Of a stretch of 64,000 nt of DNA, positions 38,131 through 50,435 are shown piece by piece. Every line of letters starts with the position of its first letter. Positions within the stretch are counted from its first letter, which is position 1. The notes beneath the pieces are model-generated. The model worked only from the letters and a program-made list of their open reading frames with translations, was not told the DNA's origin and did no database searches. Source of the DNA: Malacoraja senta (taxonomy: Eukaryota); contig CM075985.1 of NCBI GenBank assembly GCA_038087875.1, positions 24,552,001 through 24,616,000 on the forward strand. The letters are read 5' to 3'. A program made the position numbers and the translations under genes.

Positions 38131-38429
38131 AGCATATTGGAAGTGTTCAGCAGTTCAGGCAGTAGAGAGAAAACAATTTTAAAACATCAGTTCCATGTGG
38201 CTTACTGATGATGCTCCACGTCTCAGCACTTCCAGCATTGTTTGTATTAAGAACTGACAATATTGGCGAGAGTCTGGGGTCACATACCTGGCTCTAGGGC
38301 AGAATTATCTTTCCGTAAAGGCAACAATTTACCAGAAGAATTCACCTGACAGTTTCATCGCCTCACTGCTGATAGTAGTGTTTTTTTCAAAATTGCATTC
38401 AATTAGCAATACACCAGCTGTGAATCTGA

Positions 38430-38527
38430 ACATGGCTCCAGTCCAGGCATCTGGCCTACTTGCCCAGTTGTTTAATCACATGGCTCCAGTCCAGGCATCT
38501 GGCCTACTTGCCCAGTTGTTTCATCAC
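38430..38527. repeat. Tandem duplication, 2 x 48 bp
   Basis: acatggctccagtccaggcatctggcctacttgcccagttgttt(a/c)atc occurs twice. Confidence 0.93.
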
Positions 38528-39204
38528 TATCAACCTCACTTCTGATATTGGTCATAAACAATCATGGTATTAGACTTAGCCAATGCCTTTTACTATTCTA
38601 TTCTTCAAATTAACGCTAGAAAAAAGCTAGGATCAAATACAAAGCTTGGCTTGTGGAACAAAAGGAAAAGAAAAGTTTAAAAAAATATATACAACTTTAA
38701 TCCACACTGGATTTCCAATTTTCTGGAAACTGAACAGATAAAATGCTGGTTGGCAGCAGGAACAGAATTCTCACATTGTAAAGATGTCTTTGATTCCAAC
38801 ATTTTGGGAAAAAAGATAAATAGCTCATCTTTGAGATAATTTGCACGAGGAAGAATATGCAGCTTTCCATCGGTGAATTCACTTCTACATGGTCTCATTG
38901 CCAAATTGCTTTCTCCATTATGTAATTATACATACAGAAATTAGTTTAATGGTGCAAATATTGATGTTTAGAGGCAGTTTATTTTAGATATAGATCTCCA
39001 TTTTAGCATTTTAGCATAAGAATTAAGAGTTGATTAAGAATGGCCTACTGCACCTATTTTTCTATGTTTCTATCCAGAAATCTATTTGAAATTAACGAAT
39101 CGACCAGGTCTCCATTCCACCCCCCCCCCCCCCCCCAGAGTAGGGAATCCTAAAGATGCATCACCCACTGTGTATGGCAATCGAGAACCAGATGACATAG
39201 GAAT

Positions 39205-39450
39205 AGGAATCAGAGGGATAACGTCTTCACCCAAAGTGTGGTGGGTTTATAGAACAAACTGCCTGAGGAGGTAGCTGAGAAAGGGACTATTGCAATGTTT
39301 AAGAAACAGTTAGACAGGTACATGGATAGTACAGGTTTGGAGGATATGAGCCAAACGCAGGTAGGTGGGACTAGTGCAGATGGGGCATGTTGGCCGGTGC
39401 GGACAAGTTGGGCCAAAGGGCCTGTTTCCACACTGTATGACTCTATGAGT
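39205..39450 (+). mobile_element. CR1 LINE 3' fragment
   Basis: FKKQLDRYMD remnant and 3' UTR ending gggccaaagggcctgtttcc..tatgactctatg. Confidence 0.82.
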
Positions 39451-40454
39451 GAGGAATTTTTTCCTCATCTCCAATTGGTCGCTCCAGATTTGTGACTTTG
39501 AGACACCTCAGCCTGGTGTCCAGGTTTTTTAAAGTTTAATTGAAATCTCGGCTGTTTATTTTAAAAAAACTAAAGAGGCCTATCAAGTCAACCTCTCATT
39601 AAACTAGAACTTGTCCAATGAACCTATGGTATACTCCTTCTATGATTTGCATAACTTTGATGCCACCAGAATAAATCCATACACAAAGTTTCACCTCAAT
39701 TTCTATACAACTGTAGTAGTATTTCCTTACTCCTGCTTTCAAATCTTGTTACCTCACAGGCTACCACACCATTTACTTTCTCACCACTTACTGCATCAGC
39801 ACTGTGGACTTTTGTGACGTGTACAAGCAGACCTAGATCCCTAGAAACATCTATAATATTAAATTTCTCTGATTAAAAAAAATATTCTGCTTATTCTTAT
39901 TTATGCATTAAATACACGGGAGCCATTAACAAACTTAATTAACATAACAAAAATACACTCCCTCAACTTCCTTAGACTAAGAAGGCACAGCAAATGCCTG
40001 GGACTTCTCTTATTCACTCGGTTTATAATGTATAACTATCCTTCACTGTCTTTTAATGAAGTAATCAACTAACCTTTGAAATATTTGCTGTATTTTGATC
40101 CTGGGTTTTGCTTGTAACTCTTTGAATGTAGTTTTAGAGGTTCTTTGCTTTAAAATAAACTTTTGATGGTAGACCTCCTGCAAGCCCTACCTTGCCTTCA
40201 TCTCATGGCCCAAAAGCATGGGGGTCAGTAGACAAGAATAAAGTATCATATCATTTGAATCAACATGTAATGCCAGAATGGTCACTAAAACAGTTTCCCA
40301 GAATTTCGGAAAGCATCTTTTTTCTTTGCAGCAAGTGCAAAAAGGCAGCAAAATGTGAATAAAAGTCATGTAATATTTTTCCAAACATACAAGAAAATAT
40401 TAAAGTTTAGAAGAATTAAATACCAAATGTACCACTTTGTTAAGCCCTACTTAC

Positions 40455-40598
40455 GTCTGCAGCCACTAGGGCCAAACCCATAAGTGGCAGGAGCACATCG
40501 ATCACAGTTTCGGCCGACTACATTGGAACGACACTGGCACTGTCCACCATTTGAATTACAGATAGAACTGAGAGAGCCTTGAGGGTCACAATTGCATG
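40455..40598 (-). CDS. lamb1: lamb1 exon ~19 (LE repeat), 144 nt
   Basis: ctcag|(P)[47 protein letters not shown]|gtaagt. Confidence 0.95.
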
Positions 40599-41946
40599 CT
40601 GAGGAGACAACAAACATTAGAATCTGATAGCGCAAGGAAATTATAACATCAAATCCAAATCCTCAATTAAACACACTGTTTGAAATGGAGCAGCTCCAAT
40701 CTATACCACTGTGTCCTGATCCCAAGTTAATAACCTCCAAACCAATTCAAAACCCAGAAGGAAACAAAAGATTCCCTTAGAACACAGATGATGAGCCTTG
40801 CACTCGCCAGCTTTACAGCAGCACGGAACAGTAGAGACTTTTATGGGCTTCTGAGGAAATGTATAATTTTTCTCTTTCCATTCCCATTATTTGAATCAAA
40901 TTTTACTTGGCCTCAGGCATGGAATTTGAAGTGCTACTTGAAGATCTAAGTATTTAAACAAAAACCTTTACAGACCAAATTTACATACCTCCTCAAAGCA
41001 TTCCTCAAGAGTCATGACCCATAACTTTTAAACTGTGCTCTTTCATTGAACACTGATAAAGCATCCCATTAAAACATCTGAATATTTCCTCACTAATGAT
41101 GTCAGGGTATCTAGCCACGTCCTCAACTCAAGTTTAACTTCTTGTTAACTACACAAATCATTGACAACTTTCAATTTAAGAGATGACACAAAACTAACAA
41201 CCATGCTGACAAAATCTTTTTAGAATTCAAAATGCCCCCCCCCCCCCCCCCAATAGCACTGACATTTAAAAAAATAAACACAACGAAAAAATGTGTTTAT
41301 TCTGCATCAGCACAGAATAAAATTCTGCTACAAAATTCTTTGAACACATTGGCAAGAATTTGTAAAATACTTTTACAGAATAATGGAATTTTCACAAAGG
41401 GATGGGGTGGTCTTTTCTGCCCACCTTAAACATCTTCAAACATTGACCCCATTTTCTTCTTTTTACAAGCACTGACCAGCAATCTGCAGTGATGCATTTC
41501 ACAATGTGGTAACCCTTTGAAAATAATTTGGTCTAGATCCCCCTTTTCATTTCCAGTACCAACAACACAACTTAATCGTCTGACCTCAGATTCAGACCAA
41601 CTGAAATAAATCTTACATTACTTGCTCTTTCTCACCTTTAAACAATTTTCAAGAGTTAGTTACATCTGCTCTAATCCACAGAGTTTTGTACAGGCTAATT
41701 TTACACTATTAACACATCTTATGTTAAATTAAATATCAGAGATATATTTTCAATGTCCAAGCATCCTTTCTATGACAGCATTGCCCAAACTTCATTCATT
41801 GCTCTAGCTGCAATTTAACCACACTGGATAATTTGTATGGCTATTCTCACCACCCCAAATGCAAGCGATGTTCCAACACTGTTTAGATGATCTTTCTTTT
41901 ATACGAGCAGTCCACCAGATCCCTCATGAAGTTTAAATAGGCTTAC

Positions 41947-42148
41947 GCAAAGCTCCTTCATGGATTATAGAAGAAATGCTGGAAAGAATGCCTCTGCAGA
42001 CATCAGTCATTGGAGTCTTGGTAACACTTTGACTGTTCTCCAAGCAGCGGTACCGCTGGAAGGTATCCCATATGCTATTTGTGATAATCTCGCCCGATTC
42101 TCCTGTAGAGAATATATCCAATGACCTGCAGTGGGGCATGAGTACGAG
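41947..42148 (-). CDS. lamb1: lamb1 exon ~18 (LF/IV domain), 202 nt
   Basis: tccag|LVLMPHCRSLDIF...WDTFQRYRCLENS...IIHEGAL|gtaagc. Confidence 0.95.
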
Positions 42149-42256
42149 CTGGAGAGAAAAACATTGTCAGTTGGTGAGAAAACATGAAATCATCCACCTT
42201 TGCAGGAAGCATCAAAGGTGCATATTATCTCAAATAACACATGTGCAGGACTCTTG

Positions 42257-42329
42257 AGACACAGAGATATGCGTGCCTTGGTGCATGATTTAGACACAGA
42301 GATATGCGTGCCTTGGTGCATGATTTAGA
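42257..42329. repeat. Tandem duplication, 2 x 35 bp
   Basis: agacacagagatatgcgtgccttggtgcatgattt occurs twice, at the start of an old CR1 relic (about 42250-42990). Confidence 0.93.
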
Positions 42330-43309
42330 GGCAACAGTAATTGTAACAGTAACAGTAATCTGCAGCAATTATAAAAGTTTTTAACAAATCTATAATTTAA
42401 TGAGAAAAAACGTATGGTACAATTACATGAGGCAACTGTGAGACCTCCTCTTGAATACCATGTATTGCATTGGTCTCCTTATTTAAGCATTTCATATGTT
42501 TTTTTCGTCTGACACTTGAAATTAGCAGCATGTTTTATGACAGAAGCCTATCCTGCCCAATCTTCCATTTGCTGGAGTTTTTGAGTGAAAGGGTAGTCTA
42601 AAACACAAAATTCTAATGGGTCTTGATTAGGAGGAAGCGAGGAAATGTTTTCTCCACCAGGAGAATTTTATTTTATGTGGCTGTGTGTCTTGTTACTTTT
42701 CACTTAGTATGGCTGTATGGTAACTCAAATTTCACTGTACCTTAATTGGTACGTGCAATAAACTGACCTTGAAACCTTGAAAAATGAGGTCACTCATTGA
42801 AAAAAGCAGAGGCAATTTTTTCAAAAAGTGGAAAAAAAAGTCTTTGAACAGTTTATAATGCAGATATAGATTCTAGATTTAAGGAGAGTGGGTGAAAGCA
42901 GAAATGTGGAGTTAAAGTTACTATCAGCTAGTACCCTACCAATGGCACAGCAAGTTCTTGGGCTGAGTAACCTTCTCATAATTCACACCTTAACTCCCCA
43001 AATCTATTTTTTAAGACTACAAAGCAAAAAAAAACTTTTACTTCTTGCAGTTAGAAGCTAAAGCAACATTAGTCTCCATGTAATGATGTTTAAAATGAAA
43101 AAGTAGAATATGGGCATACAAATTATAAAATCTATTCATTTCAGTAATATCCACATCAGTGAACACTATCAATAATCACATAAAATTGTGTTTGTAATTC
43201 ATGGCTCACTTCCAAAGATAGTGAGACCCAAACATTGAAGAATTATATTAATTAGACTTGCACCCTATTGAATGGATGTTTCCAATGATGTAATCTTAGT
43301 TATACGTAC

Positions 43310-43430
43310 CGAATCAATTAAAATATAAGGAGTCTCCATTTCATCACCAGAGGCGTATTTTGTTAATTCTAGCCGAATGGTGTAGTTTAGTCCTTTTTCA
43401 AAGCATACAGGTCGAGGTAGAACCACATAC
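43310..43430 (-). CDS. lamb1: lamb1 exon ~17 (LF/IV domain), 121 nt
   Basis: tctag|YVVLPRPVCFEKGLNYTIRLELTKYASGDEMETPYILIDS|gtacgt. Confidence 0.94.
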
Positions 43431-43610
43431 CTAGAAGACCATTAATACCAATGCATAAAGTTAGCCCAACCCATAAATTACAAATCTTCCCTTATAAATA
43501 AATGTACACATCAAATTAGCCACTTTCCAAATCCGTTGTTTATCACCTCAATTCAAAGAATATATGAAATCAAAACAATGAACAAGAAAATATATTTTAT
43601 CTATCCCAAC

Positions 43611-43738
43611 CTTGATCCTGATGGTAGAGAGAACACTTGGTTATCATCATCAGGAATAGTATTCACACATCGACTGCCAGTATGAATTTCACCAGGTCGC
43701 AACACCATTATTTTTGCCACTTCCCAGTTCTTTGGCAG
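43611..43738 (-). CDS. lamb1: lamb1 exon ~16 (LF/IV domain), 128 nt
   Basis: ttcag|LPKNWEVAKIMVLRPGEIHTGSRCVNTIPDDDNQVFSLPSGS(R)|gttggg. Confidence 0.93.
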
Positions 43739-43827
43739 CTGAACAAAAAGAGTCACATTCAATTCATGCATATCTTTCTTTTAAAAAGCTATTAAAGGAT
43801 GCATCTTGTAAAATGAAGATTACTAAC

Positions 43828-43986
43828 CTGTGGTTCATACCGAATCAATATGTTGTATTCCATGGAATGTGGAATAGCATTTATATGGAATTCTAGATAT
43901 GCTCCTTGAGGAACACGTCCAAATCCAATTCCTGTCCAGGTTGGGGAACGATCCTGTGGATATTGTCGTTGGATAATCGCGACTCC
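43828..43986 (-). CDS. lamb1: lamb1 exon ~15 (LF/IV domain), 159 nt
   Basis: tgcag|[22 protein letters not shown]...[13 protein letters not shown]|gttagt. Confidence 0.94.
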
Positions 43987-44068
43987 CTGCAAAGAATGAA
44001 AGTCATGGCATTAATCTAAAGTAATGATCATAATTTAACACCTTGCCTCTGTCCCAAAACAAACTTAC

Positions 44069-44204
44069 AGGGCCCAAGTCAGCTTCCTCCGCCTCGTGTG
44101 TGTAATGGTCCAGTGCAATAAAGTAAAACCCAGACTCAACCTCGTTGCAGCGGCGCCCAACCATATGCTCTTTGCATTGACACTGGCCTGTCTCTGCCGA
44201 ACAG
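44069..44204 (-). CDS. lamb1: lamb1 exon ~14 (LE repeat to LF domain), 136 nt
   Basis: tgcag|(D)[45 protein letters not shown]|gtaagt. Confidence 0.94.
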
Positions 44205-44400
44205 CTGCAAAGGGGAAAGAAAACAAATACTATTTACTTTTTATAACCAAATCTTTGTGCAAGAGATCAAATGATCTACTTAACATGCTACATGAACACC
44301 TCATTTTTAAACTAAGTTAATTTGCAAATAAAATTCTGTGCATGTTTCCACCAGCTATAACAGAGAGATCTTTCGCAAAGTGTCAAATAGTTTGTCTGCA

Positions 44401-45352
44401 CAGGTAGTTCTGCTATAATACGATAGTTGTGCTCCTAATGGGCCTGTCCCATTTAGACAATTTTTCAGGCAACTGTTAAGTCGCCGGCAGTCGCCTGAAA
44501 AACTGGCGACTGGTACGGCGACTGTCAGAGTGGAACACACACACACATCGCTTCCTTCACCAGCCCATTATGCAGGTTGAGGACAGAGCAAGCAGGGGAG
44601 CGCTGTCTTAGTGAAATTCACACGGTGCAAAGCCAATGTGATACAGACACACACCGCGATGAACAGTAAGGTTGGCACTGTAATTAAGACGGTGAAAGCA
44701 CAGTGTACGGAAAGGGTCACGTAAATCCTTTAAAAGAGGGGGGGAGAAGGAGTGGAGACAACTTTTAAAAAGCCAGAGATACACGGCTGTGAAGCTCGGC
44801 GAACATTAACATTACAAGTCGGTTATCCTTGGTTCTGAAAACTACTGCTTACGTTTTTTTTCCCCCCAATGAGCCAATGAAATTCACCGGTCAGCATCTT
44901 CGACTCCTGGCGACCCACTAGGACCTCCTGGCGACCCACCTACGGCACGAGAATTCTCGCTATTCTCTATGGCCTCTTCATTCTGGTCACCGCTAATTTG
45001 TCAACATGTTGAAATATTCGCCGCGACCATAATGAGGCCGCGACTAGTTCCCAGAATGCAGGAACTCCTCAGGACCATGAAGGCGACTCCCCGGCAACCA
45101 CCCGCGAACATGTGGCAACCGCATAGTCTCCTGCAGTCACCTAAAAAGTCACCTAAGTGGGACAGGCCCATAAGAAACCTTGTGTGCAAGACAGCTTTTT
45201 TCCTCCTTGCCAATTTCCAAATAATCTCCAAGTTCCTGACTGAAACCATATAACAAATTAGGCCAGCGTAATAAAAAAGGTGTTCCCTGATTAATTGATG
45301 GTATTATATCTAATTTGCATTATGGAAAGACGTGTTATAGCAGAACTACTTG
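44401..45352. mobile_element. Tc1/mariner (Tigger-like) MITE, split by a Harbinger MITE
   Basis: TIRs caggtagttctgctataatacg / cgtgttatagcagaactacttg; TA at the right flank. Confidence 0.72.
44439..45170. mobile_element. PIF/Harbinger-type MITE (732 bp), TAA TSD
   Basis: TIRs tgggcctgtcccatttag / ctaagtgggacaggccca; taa at 44436-44438 and 45171-45173. Confidence 0.85.
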
Positions 45353-45495
45353 TAGGTGTTTGATACTGAATTTACTGAAATTCAACATTTCTTCAGCAGC
45401 ATTAACACCAAAACAGACTTATATTGTCAAATCTTAAGCATTCACTTAATTTGCTATCAAACAATTACTAAATGCAATTCTCTTTTTAAGATTGT

Positions 45496-45748
45496 GGGCA
45501 GCACGGTGATGCAGCAGTAGAGTTGCTGCCTTACAGCACCAGAGACCTGGGTTCGATCCTGGCTATGGGTGCTGTCTGTATGGAGTTTGTACGTTCTCTC
45601 CATGACTGCGAGGGTTTTCCCTGGGTGCTCCAGTTTCTTCACATACTCCAAAGGTGTACAGGTTTGTAGGTTAATTGGCCTTGGTAAAGATTTTAAATTG
45701 TCCCCAATGTGTAGGATAGTGCTAGTGTACAGGGATTGCTTTCGGTCT
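45496..45748 (+). mobile_element. tRNA-derived V-SINE (HE1-like)
   Basis: gggcagcacggtgatgcagcagtagagttgctg..gggttcgatcc head followed by the V-domain. Confidence 0.87.
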
Positions 45749-46282
45749 GAACGAAATTGTGATGCCTGCAGTCATACACAGAACCAATAATAACAAAACA
45801 TACAATAAACACAAATTAAACATCCACCACAGTGAGTTCACCAAGCACACCCTCACTGTGATGGAGGCAATATCTCTAAACTAACCTAATTAGGTATGAA
45901 ATGCTAATTTGAATACCGTATCAGAGTATTATGATACTATCTCCACTGGGGCACAATTATGGACTGGAAAACACAGATGATACTTCAATAAATTTCAACA
46001 GGAACAAGTCACTTCCAAAAACTGTTAGGAGTGATATAATTTATTTATTTGCTTAAATGGTTTGTGAAACTAAATTAAGCTTTAACCTGTGTGGCACATA
46101 TCACAATTATTGGATTTAGAAAACAAATTAGAATTATGCAGTTACTGTTCAACTATGAAAAGCAAATAACCAGAGATAATACTTCAGCAGTTTGAGATGC
46201 CTGCTTCTTGTACAAACTACTGCAATATTTACTAATTAGCTGTGAAAACAAATTTAGTAGGAAGTTGAGAAGCCAGTCTTAC

Positions 46283-46362
46283 TCATTATTGTAGGAACCC
46301 CCAAGATCACAATCACAAGGGCGACATCCGTCTAGATCATTGCTTAGTCCCCAGTGTTGAGA
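46283..46362 (-). CDS. lamb1: lamb1 exon ~13 (LE repeat), 80 nt
   Basis: tgcag|[26 protein letters not shown]|gtaaga. Confidence 0.94.
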
Positions 46363-46764
46363 CTGCAAAACAATAAACCCCAAATGTAAACCATGTGAAT
46401 GGCATATCTTTGTTGAACAGCTTAAATCTTCACGCAAAAACAAAGGGTAAAAGTGAAAGTTAACATGATGTGGAAAGAGTTTTTAAATATCATGGCATTA
46501 TGAGCTACATTTCAGTGGAGTGGATGTACGGTTTGATGCCCATGCTCTCATTTAAGAATGGGTGCATCCTGGAAATATACAGCATAAAAAGGGGGGAAAA
46601 CCCCAAATCTGTTTTCTAAACATTTTACAATATTAAACTAAGCTGAAAACTTTTGAATCCACCTTTTAAATCTTCATCAGCAATTCTGAGGGGGTTTTAA
46701 ATTTAACATATTTTCATGTTTTGTTTGCAGTGGTTTTCCACTGCTGCTTTAACAATTCACTTAC

Positions 46765-46877
46765 CAGACACTGATCACAGTTCTTGCCCACCACCAGACG
46801 TTTACAGAAGCAGCTTCCTGTTACATCATCGCATGGAGATCCTCCTGGATGAGTTCCCAGATGGTTACAGGCGCAGG
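46765..46877 (-). CDS. lamb1: lamb1 exon ~12 (LE repeat), 113 nt
   Basis: tttag|(P)[37 protein letters not shown]|gtaagt. Confidence 0.95.
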
Positions 46878-48040
46878 CTAAATGACCAAACAAAGCAATA
46901 AGCTCACTTTTCAAACAATTATCAGCAATTACAATTAGGTGTAAACTGATTACTGAGGCAGAGATGAAAATTCTACCTCCCAGCTGGATTCATCTCACAA
47001 TTGACTGAGGAAAGAAAATATCTTGGACACAAGGAACATCCCATTCCTTACCTGTTTCAACTTCTTGACAGTTTCTATTCACATGCAAACAAAGCAGAGG
47101 CTCAAATAAACATGCCATTTATCACTCCATCTAGTTGTAGGCCTCTGATTGTGATGTACACTCCATCACACTAGTGGAGCAGTCCAACACTAAAGTGACA
47201 GAGGTCTTTCCAGAAGTAAACATTAAGGGAGATTCTTTTCACCCTCCATTTCTCCTGACTGTCATCCCAACCCACCTGCCCTCCGTTGCCCCTCCTCAGC
47301 CATCCCCACCACCACCTCTGACCACCCACTCTGCTGCACCACCTGCCAGTTGGATTGACACAGAAGGCACAAACAGGTGAGCAGTTACAGAACGTTTGCC
47401 AAATGATTGAGCTCACCACTGATACTCAAATCCAGCTCATGCAGTTCAGGTCTTTGCAAATAATAGGCTTGGCCAGCAACAGCAGACACAACATCAACCC
47501 AATTTTAAAGAAACTTATTTTACAAATTTAAAAAAAAAAAAATCACTGAATCATTCTCCACTATAATTTGTTCTGTTTTGCTCTTTTTAACTGCATTCAC
47601 AATTCTATGTTTTACCAAGCAGCCTTCATACCAAATTAAAGCAATGTACCAAGGAAAGGAAACCAGCATCTGAAAAATGTGAGGAAGTTCCGAATCAGTG
47701 GATCTGGAAGAAGTTATTAACACAATACAGAAAAGATTATAGTTTATTTCATGTGTAATCAAAAAAGATTCATTTTGCAGTTCTTTTCGATGTGGAATAA
47801 TTACATATTGGACACGAGTTCAGATTTATCTCCTTCAAATTAACTAAAATGTATAATTTTGGACATATCTATGACTTAGAGATGCTAAGTGGAGCTAATA
47901 TTTTCTCCCACAAGATATTCAGCATTGTATAATTGCAGCTCCTAAAAACCTTTTTATGACAGTTACAAGATTTACAACAAAACTCTCACCTTTACTCACA
48001 TCTGCACAAAAGGAACATCCCTCTAAAACAGTCCAGTGCC

Positions 48041-49440
48041 TTACAGACCTGTTAGTCTAACATCGGTGGTGGGGAAAATTCTGGAGTCAGTTATTAAAGA
48101 TGGGATAGCAGCACATTTGGAAAGTGGTGAATTCATTGGACAAAGTCAGCATGGATTTATGAATTGGTAAATCATGTCTGACGAATCTTATAGAATTTTT
48201 CGAGGATGTAACTAGTAGAGTGGATAAGGGAGAATATATCTGTTATATCTGGACTTTCAGAAGGCTTTCGACAAGGTCCCACATAAGAGATTAGTATGCA
48301 AACTTAAAGCACATGGTATTGGGGGTTCAGTATTGATGTGGATAGAGAACTGGCTGGCAGACAGGAAGCAAAGAGTAGGAGTAAACGGGTCCTTTTCAGA
48401 ATGGCAGGCAGTGACTAGTGGGGTACCGCAAGGCTCAGTGCTGGGACCCCAGCTATTTACAATATATATTAATGATCTGGATGAGGGAATTGAATGTAAC
48501 ATCTCCAAGTTTGCAGATGACACGAAGCTGGGGGGCAGTGTTAGCATTGAGGAGGATGCTAGGAGGCTGCAAGGTGACTTGGATAGGTTGGGTGAGTGGG
48601 CAAATGCATGGCAGATGCAGTATAATGTGGATAAATGTGAGGTTATCCACTTTGGTGGCAAAAACAGGAAAGTAGACTATTATCTGAATGGTGGCCGATT
48701 AGGAAAAGGGGAGATGCAACGAGACCTGGGTGTCATGGTACACCAGTCATTGAAAGTAGGCATGCAGGTGCAGCAGGCAGTGAAGAAAGCAAATGGTATG
48801 TTAGCATTCATAGCAAAAGGATTTGAGTATAAGAGCAGGGAGGTTCTACTGCAGTTGTACAGGGTCTTGGTGAGACCACACCTGGAGTATTGCGTACAGT
48901 TTTGGTCTCCTAATCTGAGGAAAGACATTCTTGCCATAGAGGGAGTACAGAGAAGGTTCACCAGACTGATTCCTGGGAAGGCAGGACTTTCATATGAAGA
49001 AAGACTGGATAGACTCGGCTTGTACAAGCTAGAATTTAGAAGATTGAGGGGGGATCTTATAGAAACTTACAAAATTCTTGTGGGGTTGGACAGGCTAGAT
49101 GCAGGAAGATTATTCCCGATGTTGGGGAAGTCCAGAACTAGGGGTCACAGTTTAAGGATAAGAGGGAAGTCTTTTAGGATCGAGATGAGAAAATCATTTT
49201 TTACATAGAGAGTGGTGAATCTGTGGAATTCTCTGCCACAGAAGGTAGTTGAGGCCAGTTCATTGGCTATATTTAAGAGGGAGTTAGATGTGGCCCTTGT
49301 GGCTAAAGGGATCAGGGGGTATGGAGAGAAGGCAGGGATGGGATACTGAGTTGGATGATCAGCCATGATCATATTGAATGGCGGTGCAGGCTCGAAGGGC
49401 CGAATGGCCTTCTCCTGCATCTATTTTCTATGTTTCTATG
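48041..49440 (+). mobile_element. Young 5'-truncated CR1 LINE (RT domain to 3' end)
   Basis: ORF 48333-49208 with SGVPQGSVLGP, KFADDTKL, RPHLEYC; premature TAG at about 49206; tail (tctatgtt)n; same subfamily as 1-720. Confidence 0.95.
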
Positions 49441-49664
49441 AAATCGAATTTGAAATATGCCAGTAGAAAAGTTTGATTAGACCTGATTATGCCAATTTTT
49501 GAAAAATTTGTAGAATTGTAGATTTTCAAATGAGTACAATCCTGCACTGAACATGACCATGTTTAACTATAGCCTTCTGAAATTCTGGAATCAAAAGGTA
49601 CGATGCAAAATTAAAATATGAAAAATGAACTTTGCATAATTTTCAAGAACAAGCAAATACTTAC

Positions 49665-49844
49665 GTTGACAACCTAGTGGATCATTTGCACTTAGTCCAA
49701 AGAAACCCTCTTTGCACAGATCGCAGCGCTCACCCTCAACATTCATCTTACAACGGCATTGCCCTGCTATGAGATTAGCTGTCAAATCGGTGTAACTATC
49801 ACAAATCCCACCATGCAATGATCCAGCAGGGTCACAGTTACAAG
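49665..49844 (-). CDS. lamb1: lamb1 exon ~11 (LE repeat), 180 nt
   Basis: tgcag|(P)[19 protein letters not shown]...SANDPLGCQ|gtaagt. Confidence 0.95.
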
Positions 49845-50246
49845 CTGCAATAAAAAGATTAGAGCAATATTACACCTGCATTGTAACAAATTGCGTTGGA
49901 TTTTTCATCTAAATTGAACATTTTGTAGCTCTAACTTTTTTAAGCCACTTTCAAAAGATGTAATACACCAGTTTTGCAGTTCAAATTGTGAAATAACAAA
50001 CCCTTTAGGCTTACAGTTAAGAAATCAGAACATATGCCACATATTAAAACTTCATCTTCAAAAATTAAATATGTAGTTTAACATTTCTGAATAACTTTTA
50101 AAACACTGGATAATCAGTGTGCATTAAAAAGGTATCCGGATACCTTAAGGCAAACATTCTCTTGACGCAACCCACCAACAAAAATAATTCAAGTGGATCA
50201 GTGTCATTCACTTCTTGGTCATGGTGTATCAAATGGCAGTACTTAC

Positions 50247-50435
50247 GCTCACAGATGTCAGTGGCACGAATACCTCGTTCTGGATGCTGGTAGTAGAAAG
50301 GTTTGCATTGTTCACAGTGCTGCCCCATTGTATTATTCTGACAGCCATCACACACACCACCACTGACATTACCAGAGGCTAAATGCACAGCCATGTCAAA
50401 GTGACATTTATGAGCATGTCCATTGCAGTTACACC
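50247..50435 (-). CDS. lamb1: lamb1 exon ~10 (LE repeat), 189 nt
   Basis: ttcag|(R)[31 protein letters not shown]...ATDICE|gtaagt. Confidence 0.95.

Noticed and set aside
45496-45570. tRNA gene (also about 7945-8016 and 28050-28120)
   Set aside because: The A/B-box heads run into V-SINE bodies; no complete cloverleaf.
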